DNA from: Octopus sinensis
Taxonomy: Eukaryota
Reading direction: 5' to 3'
Assembly (NCBI RefSeq): GCF_006345805.1
Contig: NC_043011.1
Location: 52,154,464-52,218,463, forward strand
DNA: 64,000 bases
Position numbers and translations under genes: made by a program. Of this stretch, positions 1-11,747 are shown piece by piece. Within the stretch, counting starts at the first letter, position 1. Every line of letters starts with the position of its first letter. Below the pieces are notes generated by a model that searched no databases, had not been told where the DNA came from, and was given only the letters and a program-made list of their open reading frames with translations.

Positions 1-59
1 TATATAATATATATTGTTATATTTCGGAATGGTCAACAAATATATATATATATATAATC

Positions 60-290
60 TTATCATCATAACATCCATTTTTATTAATGCTTGTCTGGGG
101 CAGATGGAGTATATTTGATGCAGATTTTTTACAGCCAGATGCTCTTCCTGTTACCACTTCTCTCCTGTTTTCATGTAAGGTACATTCTTCCGCATAGCCA
201 GACGTATTTCATGGAAAATTGGAAACAAAAGATACCACTTGTATGACCGTGACACTCATTTACAGCCATCATACAATGTCAAAACAAGGA
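60..290 (-). mobile_element. RTE-tailed SINE-like repeat, variant body (family 1b), degraded
   Basis: (CAT)n tail region followed by 'cagatgctcttcctgttacc...gtaaggtacattcttc'; same body recurs at ~28095-28310, ~39720-39935 and ~61455-61570. Confidence 0.55.
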
Positions 291-314
291 GACACTAACA
301 CACACACATACACA

Positions 315-1490
315 CTGGGTGTTCAGACTAAACTTGACAATTTTTTTATGTCTTCTTTTTTCGGGAACAGCTTGATGTATTAGTGAATTGTCAAAATTGG
401 AAAGAACTGTCAACGTTGAAAAGATTAAAGTTGTATTTGAGAAAATGTTAGATGACACGGAGGACTGGAAGCCATCTGAATATTGGAAAAGAGTTATCTG
501 TATCATGATAATTTGCACTATCAAAAATATCAACATCATGACTGCTGCTCAATGCTCTGTGAAGACTGTGATGGCTCTAAGATATGACATGGACGTCACG
601 AGGGTGTTGTCATGCCACCCCACATCTTTGAACAAGGCCTTAGGCTCAATTCAGACAGCTTTGTGAAACTGCTGGAGATTGCGGTCAAACTCAGGCAGGA
701 GAGAGTTGCTGCTGGAAAGCCATATGTGTGACAGCAGGATTCAAACTCCTTGCCATAGCTCTGGAAAGAGTCAGAAGTGGTTGTTTAAAAATTTCTATAA
801 GCTCTGTCTGGCCCCGTGTCGGTGGCACGTAAAAGCACCATCCGTTCGTGTCCGTTGCCAGCCTCGCCTGGCCCTGTGCCGGTGACACGTAAAAGCACCA
901 TCCGTTCGTGGCCGTTTGCCAGCTCTGTCTGGCACCTGTGCAGGTGGCACGTAAAAAACACCCACTACACTCGCAGAGTGGTTGGCGTTAGGAAGGGCAT
1001 CCAGCCGTAGAAACACTGCCAGATCTGACTGGGCCTGACGAAGCCTTCCAGCTTCACAGACCCCAGTTGACCCGTCCAACCCATGCTAGCATGGAAGGTG
1101 GACGCTAAATGATGATGATGATGAACTTCACCCACCCCAATTTCTGGAGTTCTGATTCACCCAATTGTAATCCCATGGATTACTATGTATGGGACATGGT
1201 TGAGAAAGACATCAACCACTCTGCCTGCAACACCAAAACCAAGCTGGTGGCCAAGATCAAGGATGTGCTCAAAGATCTTCCCAGGGACAGTGAGGGATGC
1301 ATGTGCTAGGTTCTGGAGCCATCTTGAGGCTATGGTAGAAGCTGAGGGTAGCTACTTTTAGTAAACTATTGTCTCCCAGTCATAATCTAGTTGATATTTA
1401 TTAATTTTTTTTAATATTTTTTTTTTTGGATGGGATATTGTGTTTGCTTTTCCTTTATGCAAACTGTCAAATTTAGCTGAAAATACTCTG
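315..1490 (+). mobile_element. Tc1/mariner DD37D (maT-type) transposon relic, internally deleted and split by a SINE
   Basis: Imperfect TIRs ctgggtgttcagactaaacttgaca (315-339) and tgtcaaatttagctgaaaatactctg (1465-1490). Frameshifted transposase motifs VMPPHIFEQGLRLNSD, QQDS.PCH, and after the SINE NFTHPNFWSSDSPNCNPMDYYVW and ARFWSHLEAMVEAEG. 37 residues separate D2 and D3 after removing the SINE and one extra base. Confidence 0.85.
801..1122 (+). mobile_element. RTE-tailed modular SINE-like repeat (family 1) inserted in the transposase
   Basis: Three GTGCCGGTGGCACGTAAAAAGCACC-type modules, body 'gtggttggcgttaggaagggcatccag', tail 'ccaacccatgctagcatggaag...(gat)n'. Interrupts the transposase at KNFY|NFTHP. 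Confidence 0.85.
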
Positions 1491-1599
1491 AACACACACA
1501 CACACACACACACATACCACACATACAAAAACATACATATATATACATATATATATCTATTTGTATCACATCGAAACTAACTGTGACTTAATTTTTCCT

Positions 1600-1720
1600 C
1601 TCACACCATCTCCGATGAAGGGATATTATTATTAATTAATATTCTAGAAACAGCTGTATGACCTTCTATCTATAAATGCTCTAATATCTATACAGCCTTG
1701 GTTTTTATCTCATTATGCAA
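1600..1720 (+). ncRNA. Type I hammerhead-like motif with CCGAUGA core in a PLE-derived repeat
   Basis: CCGATGA 1612-1618; 9-bp stem II (1620-1628/1637-1645, 2 G-U); GAAAC 1647-1651; palindromic ACAGCUGU stem III; GUA at 1656-1658. Stem I is mismatched. Confidence 0.55.
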
Positions 1721-1789
1721 AAAATTCATATAACGTGAGTTCATGGCTGTTTCCTGCAACAGCTTCACATAGAAGCCCCAGTCCATCCA

Positions 1790-2239
1790 AAGTACCTTGG
1801 ATTGCAAGACAGCCTGCTGTGCTTACCTTGGATCGTAGGGTGACCTGCTGTGCTTGAGGAGACCTATTGAGTCAAGTACATCAACATCAAGAAATCAAAT
1901 GGAAATTGTAGTAGTGATACCTGTGCCAGTGGCATGTAAAAAGCACCATCCGAACGTGGCCGATGCCGATGCTACCTTGACTGGCTTCCATGCCGGTGGC
2001 ATGTAAAAAGCACAAACCAATCATGTCCATTGCCAGCCTTCACTGGCACCTGTGCCGGTGGCACGTAAAAAGCACCCACTACACTCACGGAGTGGTTGGT
2101 GTTAGGAAGGGCATCCAGCTGTAGAAACACTGCCAGATCAGACTGGAGCCCGGTGCAGCCTCCTGGCTTCCCAGACCCTGGTCGAACCATCCAACCCATG
2201 CCAGCATGGAAAACAGACGTTAAACGATGATGATGATGA
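1790..2239 (+). mobile_element. Family 1 RTE-tailed SINE-like copy with extended 5' modules
   Basis: Same modules, body and (gat)n tail as 801-1122, plus upstream 'ctgctgtgcttgaggagacctattgagtcaag' modules also seen at ~62220-62420. Confidence 0.8.
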
Positions 2240-2456
2240 CGATATACATACTCATATATGCACACACATACATAGTACAGTCTTCTTTTAGTTTGTTCTA
2301 TGAAATCTACTCACAAAACTTTTAATCAGCATGGGGCTATAGTAAAAGTCACTTGTCCAATGCACCAGACAGTGGGACTGAACTCACAAAACCATGTGCT
2401 TATGAAGCAAACGTCTTGACCACACAGCCAAGCTTGCACTTTTACCTTAATCTTAA

Positions 2457-2843
2457 CCCTTTTGAGACACCTGGGCCAATTTATCAGCCCAAGTGATACT
2501 AACTGAAAGGATTGTGAGGCCTATCCATCAACCTGATGAAACAAACGTTGTGAGTGGTTAGTTTTGAAGTGTAATAGCCAATCAGAGAGTATCTTTCGGT
2601 GTATTTTTTGTTTTTTTTTCCACAGAAACATTTATGTTTATTATTTTATTTATTTTTATGTATTGTGTTGTTTCAGGTTTTCTTATCCTGATAAAGCTTT
2701 CATAATATAGTTTTACATACTGATAAAGTAGTTTTAGGTACTTTATCCTTCGTTTTCTACATGCACCCATGAATTCCAATCTCAACAGAAAAAAAGTTTG
2801 GTCTTTTTGGCCACATACCAAAACACCTTGTATCTCAAAAGGG
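2457..2843. mobile_element. piggyBac-like MITE
   Basis: Terminal inverted repeats cccttttgagacac / gtatctcaaaaggg flanked by TTAA (2453-2456) and CTAA (2844-2847). Confidence 0.7.
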
Positions 2844-3139
2844 CTAAATAAAGGAAAAGCTCTTTAGATAATGATGTGCACTTATAGTGCTTCAGAATAC
2901 AGAAAATGTGATTGATGGTCATGGTTAGAACGTCTTTGATCATTGTGTCTGTTGGATCAGAGCAACTGAAGGGGTAGGAGGTAGACAACAAAAACAACAA
3001 TAAAGATCAGAACATTTACTCCCTTTCACTCCAAAAACAACAATAACAGAAAAAAAAATTGCAGAAGCCTAAATGTCTTGATTTTTGTAGAACCAAGGTG
3101 ACAAGGTCATATCTTTGGATTTGACAATTTTATTGTTGA

Positions 3140-3352
3140 AATAGTGCTGGTAGTAGTAGTTGTGGTGATGGTAATGGTCATGTGGTGGTGGTGGTGGTAA
3201 TTGTAGTAGTGGTAGTGATGGTATTATAATTGTTAAACTAGTAGCAGATTGGTGTGTTAGTAGTGATGGAAGAGTGGTGGTGGTGATAGTAGTAATGGGA
3301 GAGTAGTGGTATTGTCATAGTATTATTTAGTAGTTGTAGCAGTGGTGGTTGT
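3140..3352. repeat. (GTG/GTA)n degenerate trinucleotide repeat
   Basis: Direct reading of the sequence. Confidence 0.85.
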
Positions 3353-4596
3353 CTGAAAGCTAAATAAATAAAAAATAAACGAAGAAAATAAACACATAGT
3401 CACAAATAAATAAAAAAAGAAAAGAAAAAAGACTTCATATTATTAATCCTTCTTTTATGTTAGGTTATTGGCCTAAATTCAGAAATTCTACAACTAATTG
3501 TGACCTCCTCATTTGGGACAGAGTGGATAGCAGAGTGGGGGATGGGGAGAGGAAAGAAAGCAGCTGGACAGCTTGTCCTTACTTCCTGGGTGGTAGTAAT
3601 AGTTGTGTTAGTAGTAGTAGTAGTAGTAGTTTTTTTCATTTTATGGCCACAAGAGTGATTGATTGTGGAGTGTGGACTTTACAAGGACACATAACAAAAC
3701 AATGTTGGGTAGGGGTAGGTATATGTGGTGGCGTTTGTTGCATATTGGAGTATGATAGGAAATTGTGATTATATGGAACTACTACATGGTCAGTCAATAT
3801 GCTAGAAACAGCAGCCAAGTCCTTGTACTTCTACTATCTTAAAGAAGGTTAAAATGAGGATCAAATTTTGATGAGTATGATAAAGAAAGAACACTAGTGA
3901 ACTTGCAGTCCACAGGACTTTCTAGTGGTTGTCACATTTTCTTCCATTATTGCCATCTCTAAAGAGTATAGGGTTACATAATTGAGCTGCTATCTAACGT
4001 CCTGTTGAACACTCCCCATGTAAAACTAATTGGTAAGATCACCCATAATAGATGTATAATACTATACACTTTGATTAATATATATATTTTACAGGTTTCC
4101 AGAGTTTCCCCCACTACCAAATTCTCTACAAAATTTACTCATGAAGCATTAACCTGCTTGGAGTCAAAGTAAAAGACACTTTCCTAAGGTGCTATGCAGT
4201 GGGATTGAACCTAAAACCATATGATTGCAAAGCAAGCTTTGTAACCACACTGCCATGCCTGCACCTGACTCTGTAAATAGGGGAAATAAGTATCAGATCA
4301 GTTGGGAATATTATCTGTGATGGACATCCTGTCCATGGAGACGTGTATCTTGCATTTTCTTAAGATGTTAAAATCAAAGCAACTCCTTGACTCATCAGAA
4401 GGTGCTTGAGTTGCCATCAGAGGTGTTTAACCTCTGCACCTCACTATATGATAAGATGTTACGTAAAGAGAACCTCTATGTAGTTATTTTACATACTAGA
4501 AATTGTAACCCTGTTCTCTCTTAAGCTACACTGCATATTATATAACATAATAGCTAAGCATCATATCTATGTAGCTATGTATCTTCTTCCTAGCAT

Positions 4597-5041
4597 ACTA
4601 GTATAGCCCGGCGTTGCTCGGGTTTGTTTTTTAGTTGTGCTTAAAACGGCAGACTTTGATGTCACATTAACAAAGTTTTGACATAGTTTCAATCTTTTTT
4701 GAAAAGTGAAAATTTTGCATTATGTAGCTTGTTATTCTCTTTAAGTGAACATTTTTCTAGTTGAAATACACCGAAAAATGGCGACACAGCAGTAAAAAAA
4801 ATCGTAAAAAATAGGGATTTTCATAGAAAAAAAAAGCACCTTTTTGATGTAAATAATTTTTGGTGTTAACATGGTCTGATTTGAATTTTTTTTTCTACGG
4901 AATGAAGAGCAAGCCTTCTTCTATCATACTCTCAATTTTGGTCAACTTGCGCCACGAGGTCTCGGAGGAGATAGTGTTAGTTGAAGGCTATCAAACCTGC
5001 CACACACACACACAGACAACCTTAGCTTTATATGTATAGAT
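4597..5041 (+). mobile_element. Non-autonomous Helentron-type element (HINE/DINE-1-like)
   Basis: Starts actag...cccggcgttgctcggg (hairpin); ends with 'ttttggtcaacttgcgcc...ggaggagat', a (CA)n/CAGA microsatellite and 'agctttatatgtatagat', the layout of Helentron-associated interspersed elements. Confidence 0.7.
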
Positions 5042-5914
5042 TAATTACTGGCAAGGATACTGTATCTTGTTTTGCAGCCATTACATACTACCAAGTGTAT
5101 TACAGGTTTACAAGTCAATATTGTGTCTCACTTTGTGTTAGCAGTGTGATATACTCACTATTAAGTTTATCTCTACAGCTTTTTTATAGAATTCAGTGCT
5201 AGCACTGCAAATTAAGTTTCATAAATGAATACGTCTATGTAAACAATGTAATTGAAGATAAAAAAAATGGGTAATGAGTGTATATGCATATTTCAAGAAT
5301 TATTTTTCTTTTATCAGTACCACACTACAATTTAAGGAAAAGTAATATGTCTTTGATCATACAATTTTGTACCTGTTCAGCAAACTGTGAACAACTCTTG
5401 TATGATGAACAACTCTGAGTAAGGATGCGTGTATGACGTCATTCAGTATGCTAGAAACAGCACCCAAATCTCCATCAAATCAAACCCTCTTGTTTTAAAT
5501 ATCTGATGAAGCAGACATATAATCAAAGACCTTCCAGGCATGACCATCATGTCTTTTTTTTTTTTTCCATTACACAGGGAATCAAAAACCTCATTAATGG
5601 GATCTTTTTATTAAGACAGTAAGGTGTTATTGCTTGAGAGTTAGAGATCTGCTATTTCTAGCAGGTCAAGTGTCCACATATCAGACCCCACGTTGGTTCA
5701 ACACCTGTATGTTGGCAACATCTGGTTGTTGGTATCGCCGCTAAATATATTGATGTAATTTTCAGGTAGATTGGATAGACATCATAAATTTAGAGAATTT
5801 ATATTATTTTGAACATCAAAAGGAGTAACAATATTTCAGCAAAGGACAGTTCTTCTTTTTCACTGTCCTTTTTTTTTCTTCTTCTTTCAAAGCTAAAACA
5901 TATATCCCTACCCT

Positions 5915-6190
5915 ACCACGACCACCACCACCACCACACTAACACCATGAGCTTAGGCTGTGTGGCTTCCTTTCATGTCATTAAGGTTTGTTTGTTTGTT
6001 AGTTTAATCATCATCATCATTAACATCATCATTGACAGTGTCATCATCATCATCATTGACAGTGTCATCATCATCATCATCATCACTACTGCCATCACTA
6101 CCATCACCATCACTGTCACCTTCACTGCCATCACCACCACCACCTCCTCTGTATTCACTGTCACCACTTCATATCCTCCCTCCACCCATC
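5915..6190. repeat. (CAT/CAC)n compound trinucleotide repeat
   Basis: Explains the poly-I/T/S ORFs at 5809-6241. Confidence 0.85.
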
Positions 6191-6705
6191 CTCCTTGACA
6201 TCAATGTTCTAACAACCATCTTTAAGCATCTGTTTATATAACTGTAACAAGTAATATGGCTGGAAGAGCAAGGTGTTGGGGAGGGCAGTAAATGGATTAA
6301 ATTAAGTTGGTTCCCACACTACTTGGTTTTATTTAAGTTTTCTTTTATATTTATTTAAAACTATCTTCTTTGAGTTGGGTTCAATTCCCAAACAAGTTCA
6401 TATACAGACCCTTGATATCTGTATTATCAAAAGGAGGGAAGAGAGGGTGAGGTAGATAAAGATGAGAAGCCCATTTCATTGTACATAGAATTATTCTATA
6501 AGCGCTTATTTCTTGCCCCCTCCCCCACATAAAAGGAAATACATAGTGTGACCTTGTAACACAGTGGTTCTCAACCTGGATCTAAATAATAATAATAATA
6601 ATGATAATAATAATAGTAGTTTCTTTGCCCTAGGAGTCGGGAAGACACTCGGCAAGAAATGGAAGCAAATTTGAAAGAAGAAGAAAAAAAAAATAATAAT
6701 AATGA

Positions 6706-6962
6706 AATTATTGTATACAGTGCTCAGGTGCACCACAACTTGTCAAATGTGCATATAAAGCATATGCAGTAATGTACAAATGTCTTGGAAGTGAACAGTG
6801 TACGAGTCAGATGCATGCTTGTGCATGTATGGAGGGGAGAAAAATCAGGTGTAGTATTGGCGAATCTCAGGAAGCATGGAAGTTTTGAAGGATGCAATGC
6901 TCTGACAACTAACAACTGATGCTGGAAGTTTGTTCTATGCTTCAGCAATTCTTAGCAGGAAA
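6706..6962 (-). mobile_element. CR1/L2-type LINE 3' end fragment
   Basis: Minus strand reads FLLRIAEA*NKLPASVVSCQSIASFKTSMLPEIRQYYT*, then the tail 'gttgtggtgcacctgagcactgtatacaat'. Same family at 51575-51775. Confidence 0.75.
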
Positions 6963-7049
6963 AAATGACCCCTGGGGTTCCATATAAGAATTTTTGGGGT
7001 CCATGCTAGAGGACTAGTAAATTAACTTGGAATTTCGATGGAAGGTTTT

Positions 7050-7320
7050 AATTTAGATCACCCTTTTTGATATCAACCCACTTTTCGGATACAATTTCAT
7101 AACTCTTTTGTTACCATATTTCTGTTAAAAGACTCAATCTTTATTTCAATTAACTTTTAAAGCAAGATTTAGTAAAATAACTTTATTATTAAACTAGTGT
7201 TTCTAACACAAATGAACACGACGTTTCGATGGAAGATTTAATTTGGATTACTCTTAATCTGGAAATTTGCATCATAGAACCAGGGGCGGTATCGGACAGG
7301 TTGGTATCAAAAGGGTTAAT
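7050..7320. mobile_element. TTAA-ended MITE family A (ttaacccttttgttaccat...ggtatcaaaagggttaa), degraded or nested copies
   Basis: End 'ggtatcaaaagggttaa' at ~7302-7319; related copies at ~7895-8040, 29935-30170 and 49780-50420. Confidence 0.65.
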
Positions 7321-8155
7321 ACAAGAGTATGGAAGATTCAATATCATCTGTCCATTGCTGATTAGATATCACCTTATCTATTCTATATCATGCCATTTAT
7401 TATCTTTTACTGGCATGCCATCAGGAAATTTTTCTGACCTTGGGTCATTTAATTTTGGCAGCTATTTAAAATTCTCAAGAGATACGAGTTAAACCAAGAC
7501 TCTCTCGAAATTTCATTATCTTTCTTTTGATTTGTTTCGTCTTGCAGCCAATAAATTTTAAGTAAGACTCTTCACTATTTTGCTTTCCATTCTAAATTCT
7601 GACAGCAATGGTTCTTGTTATCAGTTGTATTTTATGTTGTTACAAGTTAGCTTTGGGTTACTAATCCTCTGTTAACCCCTTAACCCATCACTAGCATTTT
7701 AATGTATTACAAATACTTTGGTAACCCTTGATAACTTTATTTTATTAATTAATTCTTTCTTTTATTAACCCTATTGTTGCCATATTTCTTATGGTGTACT
7801 TTGCCTTTTGATAGATCACTTCAACTTTTTTTGATAACCGACCAATCTGAGACTGTTCCTGATTCTAAGATACAAACTTCTTAACTCACTTGATGCCATA
7901 TTTTTGTTGAAACACATTACCTTTTGTTTCAACTAATTTCAAAACTAATTAAGAATTTAGTAAAACACTTTGTTACTATTAAGGTAGTATTTGGAACATA
8001 AATTAACATGAAATTTTGATGGGAGGTTTTAATTTAGGTCACTTAACCATTTAGCATTCAGATTTCTTTGTCGAAGGTATTGCTTGTATATTCATATTGT
8101 TTTGGAATTAATTATGCATTATCTTGTAGTTTCAAAATTTTTATGATGTGATCTT

Positions 8156-8507
8156 GTTACCTCCGCCTTAATGAAGGTGGAGGTATTCTTTTCAGTCGTG
8201 CTTGTTTGCTTGTTTGTCCACAGACAAGGTATTTCAAAAACTGCTGGATTCAGATTAAACTTTCAGGGCCGTTTGGCCTCATGACTGATTAGATTTGGGG
8301 ATTGATTTAGTACTGGACAAGGATTCTGGATTATTTTTCCTGTTTTTTTACTTAATTTTTGAGAGCAGTCAGGTTCATTTTTAGTATTCTCACTTGTGAG
8401 AGCAGTCAAGTTTATTTCAGATATTCTCATTTTAAAAATCATCTCTAGCTAATCGTTGAGAGGACATTGGTGTTGCCTTGGCAGAGGTTTGTGCTCTCTG
8501 ACTGCTC
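8156..8507 (+). mobile_element. Second Helentron-type non-autonomous element
   Basis: 5' hairpin acctccgcc-ttaatgaa-ggtggaggt, (GTTT)-like microsatellite, and sub-terminal inverted copy ggcagaggt (8480-8488) before 'gtgctctctgactgct'. Confidence 0.6.
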
Positions 8508-8539
8508 ATTATAATTTAGGATAGTCATTTCATTAAAAA

Positions 8540-8715
8540 AATTTTTTTCCTGCCAAATAAATATACACTATATATTCATTCTTCACTTCAGATTTATTAT
8601 TGTTTTTATTTTATTGTCCTTTGTCTGAAAATCTTTTATCACACATCCTGTGACCTCTTCAGCGACTCTCCATCCCATGTGTCTCCTCCTGTTCTGTTTA
8701 GTCCATTCTGATGAT
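8540..8715 (-). mobile_element. PLE-derived repeat with degenerate hammerhead
   Basis: Minus strand: CUGAAGA (8662-8656), GGUCACA-ggaug-UGUGAUA, AAAGAUUUUC (GAAA eroded). Shares 25 identical nt (ctcctgttctgtttagtccattctg) with the reverse complement of ~37402-37427. Confidence 0.55.
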
Positions 8716-9171
8716 GTGATTTTTTAATAAAGAATGACATTAGGATAGGTGTGAGAGGCATGATCTGGTCAGTTTAAATGTTAAAGGATTCAAGTAGGAA
8801 GCTTGTCTCATAAAACTAAGGGTGGTCTCAAGTGGGTTGGTATCAAATAGTTTAAACCATTATGTCAGGATTCCCTTGATGATGATGATGATGATTTGAG
8901 ATGTAGTGAAGGAGGAAGAACAAGTAATAGGTTTCCACTGTAGAAAACATTCAGTTTTTCTCAAGTTGCTCTGTTGTGTTTGTTTCAGTATGGACTTCGT
9001 TAAAGGTGTTTATGGGCCAGGTGGTTGTGCGAAAATGGATGACAGAATGAATACAGTCCATCTGACAGGCTTCTCCTCAGTTTCAGTCTTCCCAGTTTCA
9101 CCTAACAAAGCTTCAATTGATTTCAGACTATGGCAGAAAACACTTGGCATTGCCATACCTGCATCCATATT

Positions 9172-9398
9172 CTGCGGGCTGGCAGAAACGTTAGCACGCC
9201 GGACGAAATGCGGAGCCGTATTACGTCTGCCGTTATGTTCTGAGTTCAAATTCCGGCGAGGTTGACTTTGCCTTTCATCCTTTCGGAGTCGATAAATTAA
9301 GGACCAGTTACGCACTGGGGTCGGTATAATCGACTTAATCTGTTTGTCTGTCCTTGTTTGTCCCTTCTGTGTTTAGCCCCTTGTGGGTAGTAAAGAAA
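9172..9398 (+). mobile_element. tRNA-derived SINE, family 3 (central domain gactttgcctttcatcctttcggggtcgataa, Meta-like)
   Basis: Head 'gctggcagaaacgttagcacgccgg...gagttcaaattcc' with A/B-box-like motifs; tail 'gtgggtagtaaagaaata'. Confidence 0.85.
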
Positions 9399-9493
9399 TA
9401 CATATACCTGTTTCAAATACTCTCAATATAATTCGGGCTACAGTTCTTCACCCAGCTGCTGGAAGTAGACACCAGATCATATGACAATGCTAT

Positions 9494-9975
9494 TTAACCC
9501 TTTAGTGTTTAAACAGGCCATATGTTTCTTTATTACCCACAAGGGGCTAAACATAGAAGGGACAAACAAAGACAGACAAACGGATTAAGTCAATTACATC
9601 AACCCCAGTGCATAATTGGTACTTAATTTATTAACCCCGAAAGGATGAAAGGCAAAGTCGACCTCGGCGGAATTTGAACTCAGAACGTAACAGCAGACGA
9701 AATACGGCTACGCATTTTGTCCGGCGTGCTAACGGTTCTGCCAGCTCGCAGCCTTTTTTTAAACAGGCCATATCCAGCCAAAATATTTTACCTGTTTTTT
9801 CTTCAAACTGGTCAGATATTGTCTTTTATTGCTACCTTACAGTGTCAGTTTAATAATTAACAATCACATCGTTGAAATCTCAAAGCCATGAAATAATGCA
9901 TTATTGATTTTAAGATATTCTTAATTATTAATTTAAGCTTTACATTCGACAGAACCATCTGAATGCTTACGGGTT
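9494..9975. mobile_element. TTAA-ended MITE family B (ttaaccctttag...taaagggttaa) carrying a nested SINE
   Basis: Ends tttaaccctttagtg and 'gaatgcttacgggttaa'. Uninterrupted relative at 42478-42692. Confidence 0.65.
9524..9757 (-). mobile_element. Family 3 SINE with 16-bp TSD
   Basis: tttaaacaggccatat duplicated at 9508-9523 and 9758-9773. Confidence 0.9.
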
Positions 9976-11174
9976 AAGGCAGAGACTGGCTTCTAAACCA
10001 TGTGGTCACTCAAACTGCTAGAAATAGCAGGTCTCTAAATCGCTCTCAATCACACCCCACTATAACACAGTGCAGTCTTTGGGCCCATTGGTTCTTGCCA
10101 GACCATTCAGCATGTGTTAGCATAGAACATAGACATTAAATGATGATGATGATTTATATTAAGTTGATTTGTAATCAAATGACAGTTCATTTAAACAATT
10201 CAATAATTTATCATTTGATCAGTTTTGTTTTTCTATGAACATGTCTTTTGACAAATTCGTCTTTCAACCAATATGTATTCTCAATGAATTATCGTTTCGA
10301 TAAGTGCTCTTGGATTCTTACATTTCACAGATGTTGCTTGCTAATAAAAGGTGCGAAGAACAGCAAAAATAACATCTGATCTCCCTACCACCTCTAAATA
10401 AAAATTCAGTTACTGTCTTTAGTGAAAGCAAATCAATAAGTTAGATTATATAAATAAGATTTGTATCAATTCTATCCACGTTGCTACACCAGCTGTTATG
10501 AAACCAACTCTGTGACATGTATTAACATTGAATGTGGTACCAGTAAGACTGGTTTTTATCCATTTCTATGGAAGACCACCCACCTTTAGAACTCCTAACT
10601 GCTTGCCCTTATTTATCTCATTCAACTTTCATCATACTTCTGCACGTAGAAATTCATCATGCTCACCCCATGGTGTATACTTACTCTTATATATTACACA
10701 TGCAAACACACACATACAGAAATGAGTGTGTATACACATTTGCATATGCCTGTACATTCACATATGTGCATGCATTCACATATACACTTACACGTATTAA
10801 ATGACAAAGAAATTGATAAGGTTACATATAGTCATTAAAAATTCATAGTAAAATTCAAGTATAGGCATGCATACACACCATATATCCTTATACACACACA
10901 CACACAATTTGCTCTTGCATAAAGCGACATTAAAACATACCAAAATGCAGTTACATATACATTCAGTCGAATTAATGCACACACACACCACCCGCACACA
11001 GAAACATGTGTCAATCAAAATAGTAAAGAATTTTGGTTTTTTTTTCTACTTTTGCTGCCAGCTGACTGAATAATCTTCACTGTTTGAACTGTAACATTTT
11101 CCTTCCTCTCTACAAGTCTAAAATAGGACCCACAATGAGGTACTGCTCTATCTATGACAGTGTTGTTGCTATTT

Positions 11175-11398
11175 AGCTGGCAGAAACGTTAGCACGCCGG
11201 GCGAAATACATAGCCGTATTTCGTCTGCCACTACGTTCTGAGTTCAAATTCCGCCGTGGTCGACTTCGCCTTTCATCCTTTCGGGGTCGATAAATTAAGT
11301 ACCAGTTACGCACTGGGGTCGATGTAATCGACTTAATCCGTTTGTCTGTCCTTGTTTGTCCCCTCTGTGTTTAACCCCTTGTGGGTAGTAAAGAAATA
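11175..11398 (+). mobile_element. Family 3 SINE
   Basis: Nearly full copy; gctattt repeated on both sides (11168-11174, 11399-11405). Confidence 0.85.
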
Positions 11399-11541
11399 GC
11401 TATTTACTCAAACATAATCCACCTCAGAAATATATATTCCTCATTTGAACATAAAGATACTTCAGCTCTGATCAATTACTGACTCTCTACAAAGTTTAAC
11501 TCATTGATATTTAAACTGGCCATATCCAGCCTAAACATTCT

Positions 11542-11747
11542 TTACTTTAGGCACAAGGCCTGAAATTTTGGGTGAGGGGACCAGTTGATAAGATTAACCC
11601 GAGTATGTAACTGGTACTTAATTTATCGACCCCGAAAGGATGAAAGGCAAAGTCGACCTCAGCATGATTTGAACTCAGAACAAAGACTTATAAAATAGCG
11701 CTAAGTATTTCACTCGGCGTGCTATCATTTCTACCAGCTCACCGCCT
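11542..11747 (-). mobile_element. Family 3-related SINE nested in MITE family B (~11500-11940)
   Basis: 19-bp TSD with 2 mismatches: tatccagcctaaacattct (11523-11541) and tatccagcctgaatattct (11748-11766). Confidence 0.8.

Noticed and set aside
801-960. Repeat-spacer pattern as CRISPR
   Set aside because: Lies inside a dispersed retro-element with a (GAT)n tail; kept only as a modular-SINE finding.
2533-2549. CUGAUGA...AAACGUU hammerhead-like string
   Set aside because: No stem II, no G12, no stem I; inside a MITE.
5381-5418. AG...GTAAGG-bounded 38-nt exon candidate (similar: 50865-50896, ~41739-41810, 9-nt ~24840-24848 minus)
   Set aside because: Short, no recognisable peptide, and such signal pairs are expected by chance in 64 kb of AT-rich DNA.
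8906-9265. 119-aa ORF with a tgtttcag acceptor
   Set aside because: Its 3' part is a decayed family 2 SINE followed by a family 3 SINE.
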